Positions 61,701 to 64,000 of a stretch of DNA of 64,000 bases are shown here, in pieces. The stretch lies in NCBI GenBank assembly GCA_963737905.1, contig CAVTUQ010000030.1:1-64000 (forward strand), read 5' to 3'. The position numbers and the translations under genes are program-made. The notes beneath the pieces were generated by a model, which worked only from the letters and a program-made list of their open reading frames with translations, made no database searches and was not told the DNA's origin. This DNA comes from an uncultured delta proteobacterium. Its GTDB lineage: Bacteria; Desulfobacterota; Binatia; UBA9968. Within the stretch, counting starts at the first letter, position 1. Every line of letters begins with the position of its first letter.

Positions 61701-61987
61701 CCGGCTCCCTTTAGATAGCCTTTCTGCTCCGCCGCGAGACAGGCCGCCCAGATGTGCTTGCAAGGCTCGAAATCTCTCTCGAAGTACGGGCAGGTGCATG
61801 AGTAATCCAAGAAGCCGTCCACACTGGAAATGGTGACGTCATATTGGATCGTCCCTTGAACAACGGCGTTTATGGACAACGCATCGCCTTTAATACGCTT
61901 CACTGCGCCGCTCAAGAAATACTGCCGGCCCCGCTGCTGGGAGAGTCTACCCACTTCGTCGGACAACTCTTCTGTGAGATAACCCAT
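58724..61987 (-). CDS. SWIM zinc finger - SNF2-family helicase
   Basis: CTCP...CKH, LADDMGLGKT, DEAQ, SGTP, LLRLRQ, QAIDRAHRIGQ. Confidence 0.95.
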   Translation of the reverse strand: MGYLTEELSDEVGRLSQQRGRQYFLSGAVKRIKGDALSINAVVQGTIQYDVTISSVDGFLDYSCTCPYFERDFEPCKHIWAACLAAEQKGYLKGAGDFAAPDFSEAIPEVFPERHYPRPALVKKPAPPPGWRKQLQPLLAKMGADEGRLRFTTAPEREFVYIINAGATLAQERLTVEVAQRDKKINGEWGKLKTKKLGLHEINDLVDPRDRRILAILFGSRPGAAYGYSPYYSESVYPEFVVPRPLWDVVLPLMCATARCFLRVSILAKEHPAVYWDDGDAWDLCLKVTRESNTGNYSVKGVLRRGEAEMELAKPVLLLAGGLVFWDSWIARLNDHGAFAWISLLRAQGALSIPNEEGETFLAELLRFSRQPNLDLPEELKFELLTPRPKPNLIIKPGERHPWARPHLLGKLSFDYEGERVQHDHEGGGIFQKERRRLIRRDPEVENAAEKRLVQLGFRSGYSSKDSDLGLSPDQLPKVVRTLTNEGWHVEAEGKLYRNAGALTMDISSGVDWFELEGGAQFGDTKVALPRLLRAIKQGEQTVPLDDGTLGIIPEEWMKKYGFLAGLGSVEKNYIRFTRPQAGLLDALLASEPAVSADATFEQVRQELRTFVGIRSADPPTEFSGRLRGYQREGLGWLYFLQRFGFGGCLADDMGLGKTIQVLALLESRRDLRVQVDNQSRRPSLVVVPRSLVFHWKKEALQFAPKLRVLDHTGGARLKPGDHFDEYDVVLTTYGTLRRDALQFKDLRFDYCILDEAQAIKNAGTLSAKAARLLSADHRLALSGTPVENHLGELWSLFEFLNPGMLGSASVFGRAGRNPDPATRSVLARALRPFILRRTKDEVARELPPKTEQTIYCDLEPRDRKLYDELRDYYRGRLLKNAGGNGISQIKFQVLEALLRLRQAACHPGLIDKKKAGEPSAKIDTLLAQLDQVLDEGHKILVFSQFTSLLAILRSRLDGAKIPYAYLDGRTRDREWPVEQFQNDPNLKLFLISLKAGGLGLNLHAAEYVYLLDPWWNPAVETQAIDRAHRIGQTRQVFAYRLIARDTVEEKVIELQQTKRDLADAIITADNSLLHNLTREDLELLLS

Positions 61988-62047
61988 ACAAAAAACTGAG
62001 TAACTTACTGGGACGAAAAAGTCTATGACCCGATCCCTAACAAGATT

Positions 62048-62086
62048 CGTTCAAGCCGTTCCAGTGTTCAGTCGTTCAAAACGTTC
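62048..62086. repeat. GTTC(A/C)A tandem units, one-armed copy
   Basis: cgttcaag ccgttccag tgttcag tcgttcaaa acgttc. Confidence 0.65.
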
Positions 62087-62087
62087 G

Positions 62088-62115
62088 TTGACAATCCGAT
62101 TCGCTCTGTGAGAAT
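62088..62115 (+). promoter_or_regulatory. sigma70-like promoter
   Basis: TTGACA-N16-GAGAAT upstream of a GGAGG RBS. Confidence 0.4.
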
Positions 62116-62146
62116 AAGCGCAAAGCAAAAACGTGGAGGTAATGTC

Positions 62147-63217
62147 ATGAAAACAAACTCGCACCGGAAATCAAACGGCTATAACAGAGGAGGCGCAAGG
62201 CGCATCATCGATGCCGACGGCCACGTGCGCGAGACCGATGAGCAAATCATGGACTATATGTCCGCTGGCTACCGCTCACGACGCGACGCCATGCTCTATT
62301 TTCCTCTGGTGCCGCACCATGGCTGGCACCGATCGATTCCCTCGAATGATTATCGCCACCAAGACTTTCGCGTGCCGGACTGGCGCGAGTGGGCGGCCAA
62401 GCTCGACGAGGGCAATATTGAGCTAACCGTTCTCTATCCGACGCGCTTCATGCACATCGGTCAGATCGGCAATCCAAAATACGCCGTGGAGCTATGCCGA
62501 GCCTATAACGATTTTCTCCACGAGCAATTTCTCATGCAAGATCGCCGCTTCCGCGGCATGGCGCTGCTGCCTCTCCAGGATGTCCCAGCGGCAGTAAACG
62601 AACTGCGCCGCGCAGTAAACCGGCATGGCATGGTGGGCGGTATCCTGCCGGCGGAAGGGTTGCCCCTGCCCCTCGGCCACGCGCTCTATCGCCCGATTTT
62701 CGTCGAGGCCGACCGTCTAGGCTGCGTCCTCTCGGTGCACTCCTGCACGTCGCTCAGAGACAACGACCGTTTTTTGCAGCCCAACGAAGTCGCCACGCTC
62801 GCCCATGTGATTCCCCAGATGCGCCAGTTTACGAATATCGTCTTCGCCGGGGTGATGAACAAACTGAAGAAACTCCGACTCGGCTTTCTCGAAGCGGGAT
62901 GTGGCTGGGCTCCCTTTCTGATCAGTAAAATCGAAGAACGATTGGAGCGAGTTTCACCCAACGAGCGACCGGTGCTGCCAAGCGAGCTGCTTGCCCGGAA
63001 GCAGTTTTTCTTTCAATGCGGCGAAGAGAACACGACGGAGCGGGATGTCGAACTGCTCGGGGACGATTGCCTCCTTTGGGCCTCGGACTTTCCCCACGAA
63101 GCAACGCGCACCAACTTGCATGAGTTGGTGAAAGAATTTTTTGACCGCAAAGATTTGTCGGCCACCGCGAAGAACAAAATCGCCCACGCCAACCCAAAGC
63201 ATTTCTATGACTTGTGA
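62147..63217 (+). CDS. Amidohydrolase_2-family protein
   Basis: IDADGH, LYPT, AYND, SVH, LEAGCGW, ASDFPH. Confidence 0.9.
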   Translation: MKTNSHRKSNGYNRGGARRIIDADGHVRETDEQIMDYMSAGYRSRRDAMLYFPLVPHHGWHRSIPSNDYRHQDFRVPDWREWAAKLDEGNIELTVLYPTRFMHIGQIGNPKYAVELCRAYNDFLHEQFLMQDRRFRGMALLPLQDVPAAVNELRRAVNRHGMVGGILPAEGLPLPLGHALYRPIFVEADRLGCVLSVHSCTSLRDNDRFLQPNEVATLAHVIPQMRQFTNIVFAGVMNKLKKLRLGFLEAGCGWAPFLISKIEERLERVSPNERPVLPSELLARKQFFFQCGEENTTERDVELLGDDCLLWASDFPHEATRTNLHELVKEFFDRKDLSATAKNKIAHANPKHFYDL

Positions 63218-63286
63218 AAAAAGGGAGAGTTATATCTGCCCCCGTCAAAACGGAAAAAACTGTCATCTTCTTAGTTTTTCCTCCAG

Positions 63287-63331
63287 CGGCTTGAAGACTT
63301 GAACGTTTTGAACGGCTTCAACCGATTCAAC
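63287..63331. repeat. TTGAA/TTCAA tandem-unit element
   Basis: cttgaaga cttgaacg ttttgaacg gcttcaac cgattcaac between convergent genes. Confidence 0.6.
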
Positions 63332-64000
63332 GCTCTGAGAGGACCGATTTGATAAATCCGCTCTGATCTAGCTCTTTTACCAACCGGCTGTCGGCGAAAT
63401 CTTCGGGTTTAGCGCCTCGGGCCTTGGGATTCTGTTTTTCCAGCCCCTGAAGCAAACTGGCGATGCCCGGGATCGAAGGATAGGGCGGGATCGAAAAATT
63501 AGATTTGATCGTGGTTTCGTAACTTTCCTCAAGAATCTCCTTGTCATCGGTCCTGAAATATCTGCCCATGACCTTTAACGCAAAATTCTTGTCCTTCTTT
63601 CCGCGAGCCGCTCCTTCGATATAAGCCTTGAGAAAGCGCCGGACAATATCTTCCTGAGTCTTCAAGAATCTTCGCGTGGTCACCACGCCGTTAATGTGAT
63701 ACTCGGCCTCCAGCTTGGACATATCGAGTAGCTCTCTTAATTTGAACTTCCTCGCATTTAGCGTTGACGGCGGGCTCAAGGCTGCGGCATCGATTTTGCC
63801 TGCAACCATAGCGGTAATCGCTTCCGTCGGACCGCCGGTCTGGACCATCGTGATATCTCTTTCCGGATCTATGCCGTGTGATCGCAAAGCAAACCTGGCG
63901 GCAAGATCGGACAACGTCCCGAAGCGAGTGGTGCCGAACACCTTTCCCCTTAAGTCCTCCATTCGCTCGAAACCCGGACGCGCAAAAATCCAGAAAAGAA
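63327..64000 (-). CDS. NMT1/SsuA-family ABC substrate-binding protein (5' end outside window)
   Basis: DLRGK..GTTRFG, GIDPERD, FLKAYIEG, LDQSGFI. Confidence 0.85.
   Translation of the reverse strand, partial: LFWIFARPGFERMEDLRGKVFGTTRFGTLSDLAARFALRSHGIDPERDITMVQTGGPTEAITAMVAGKIDAAALSPPSTLNARKFKLRELLDMSKLEAEYHINGVVTTRRFLKTQEDIVRRFLKAYIEGAARGKKDKNFALKVMGRYFRTDDKEILEESYETTIKSNFSIPPYPSIPGIASLLQGLEKQNPKARGAKPEDFADSRLVKELDQSGFIKSVLSER

Overview
Bacterial chromosomal or metagenomic contig of moderately high GC. Gene content and order resemble a soil Deltaproteobacteria-like organism such as Candidatus Binatia (inference). Five zones: (1) 1-13.2 kb, a stress/dormancy-type island (DUF3185, lmo0937-like, YtxH, BON, M48, entericidin, FmdB, nucleotidyltransferase, YbaK, Hsp20, DksA/TraR, Rv2004c-like kinase, ferritin-like, DoxX, PPi-Pfk, GAPDH, CBS). 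Its intergenic gaps hold nine sigma54-type -24/-12 motifs, eight forming four divergent pairs. (2) 13.3-23.4 kb, accessory metabolism, including a divergent SdhA-like flavoprotein with a mini 2Fe-2S partner. (3) 23.4-40.9 kb, an intact minus-strand housekeeping run: tilS-ftsH-folP-cdaA-cdaR-glmM-pdxJ-nnr-tsaE-lysC-cimA-cysE-mnmA-mtaB-rnc. (4) 44.3-49.2 kb, a defence islet with a decayed PIN toxin-antitoxin pair and a frameshifted type IIG restriction-modification fusion. (5) 49-64 kb, catabolic and transport genes plus a SWIM-SNF2 helicase. Many gene junctions carry small elements built of 7-9 nt tandem units in inverted arrays, in several unrelated sequence families, and one palindrome lies in frame inside a CDS. 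Several accessory genes are frameshifted (pseudogenes or consensus indel errors). No rRNA, tRNA, CRISPR array or transposase was recognised. All assignments come from reading motifs by eye; no database search was run.
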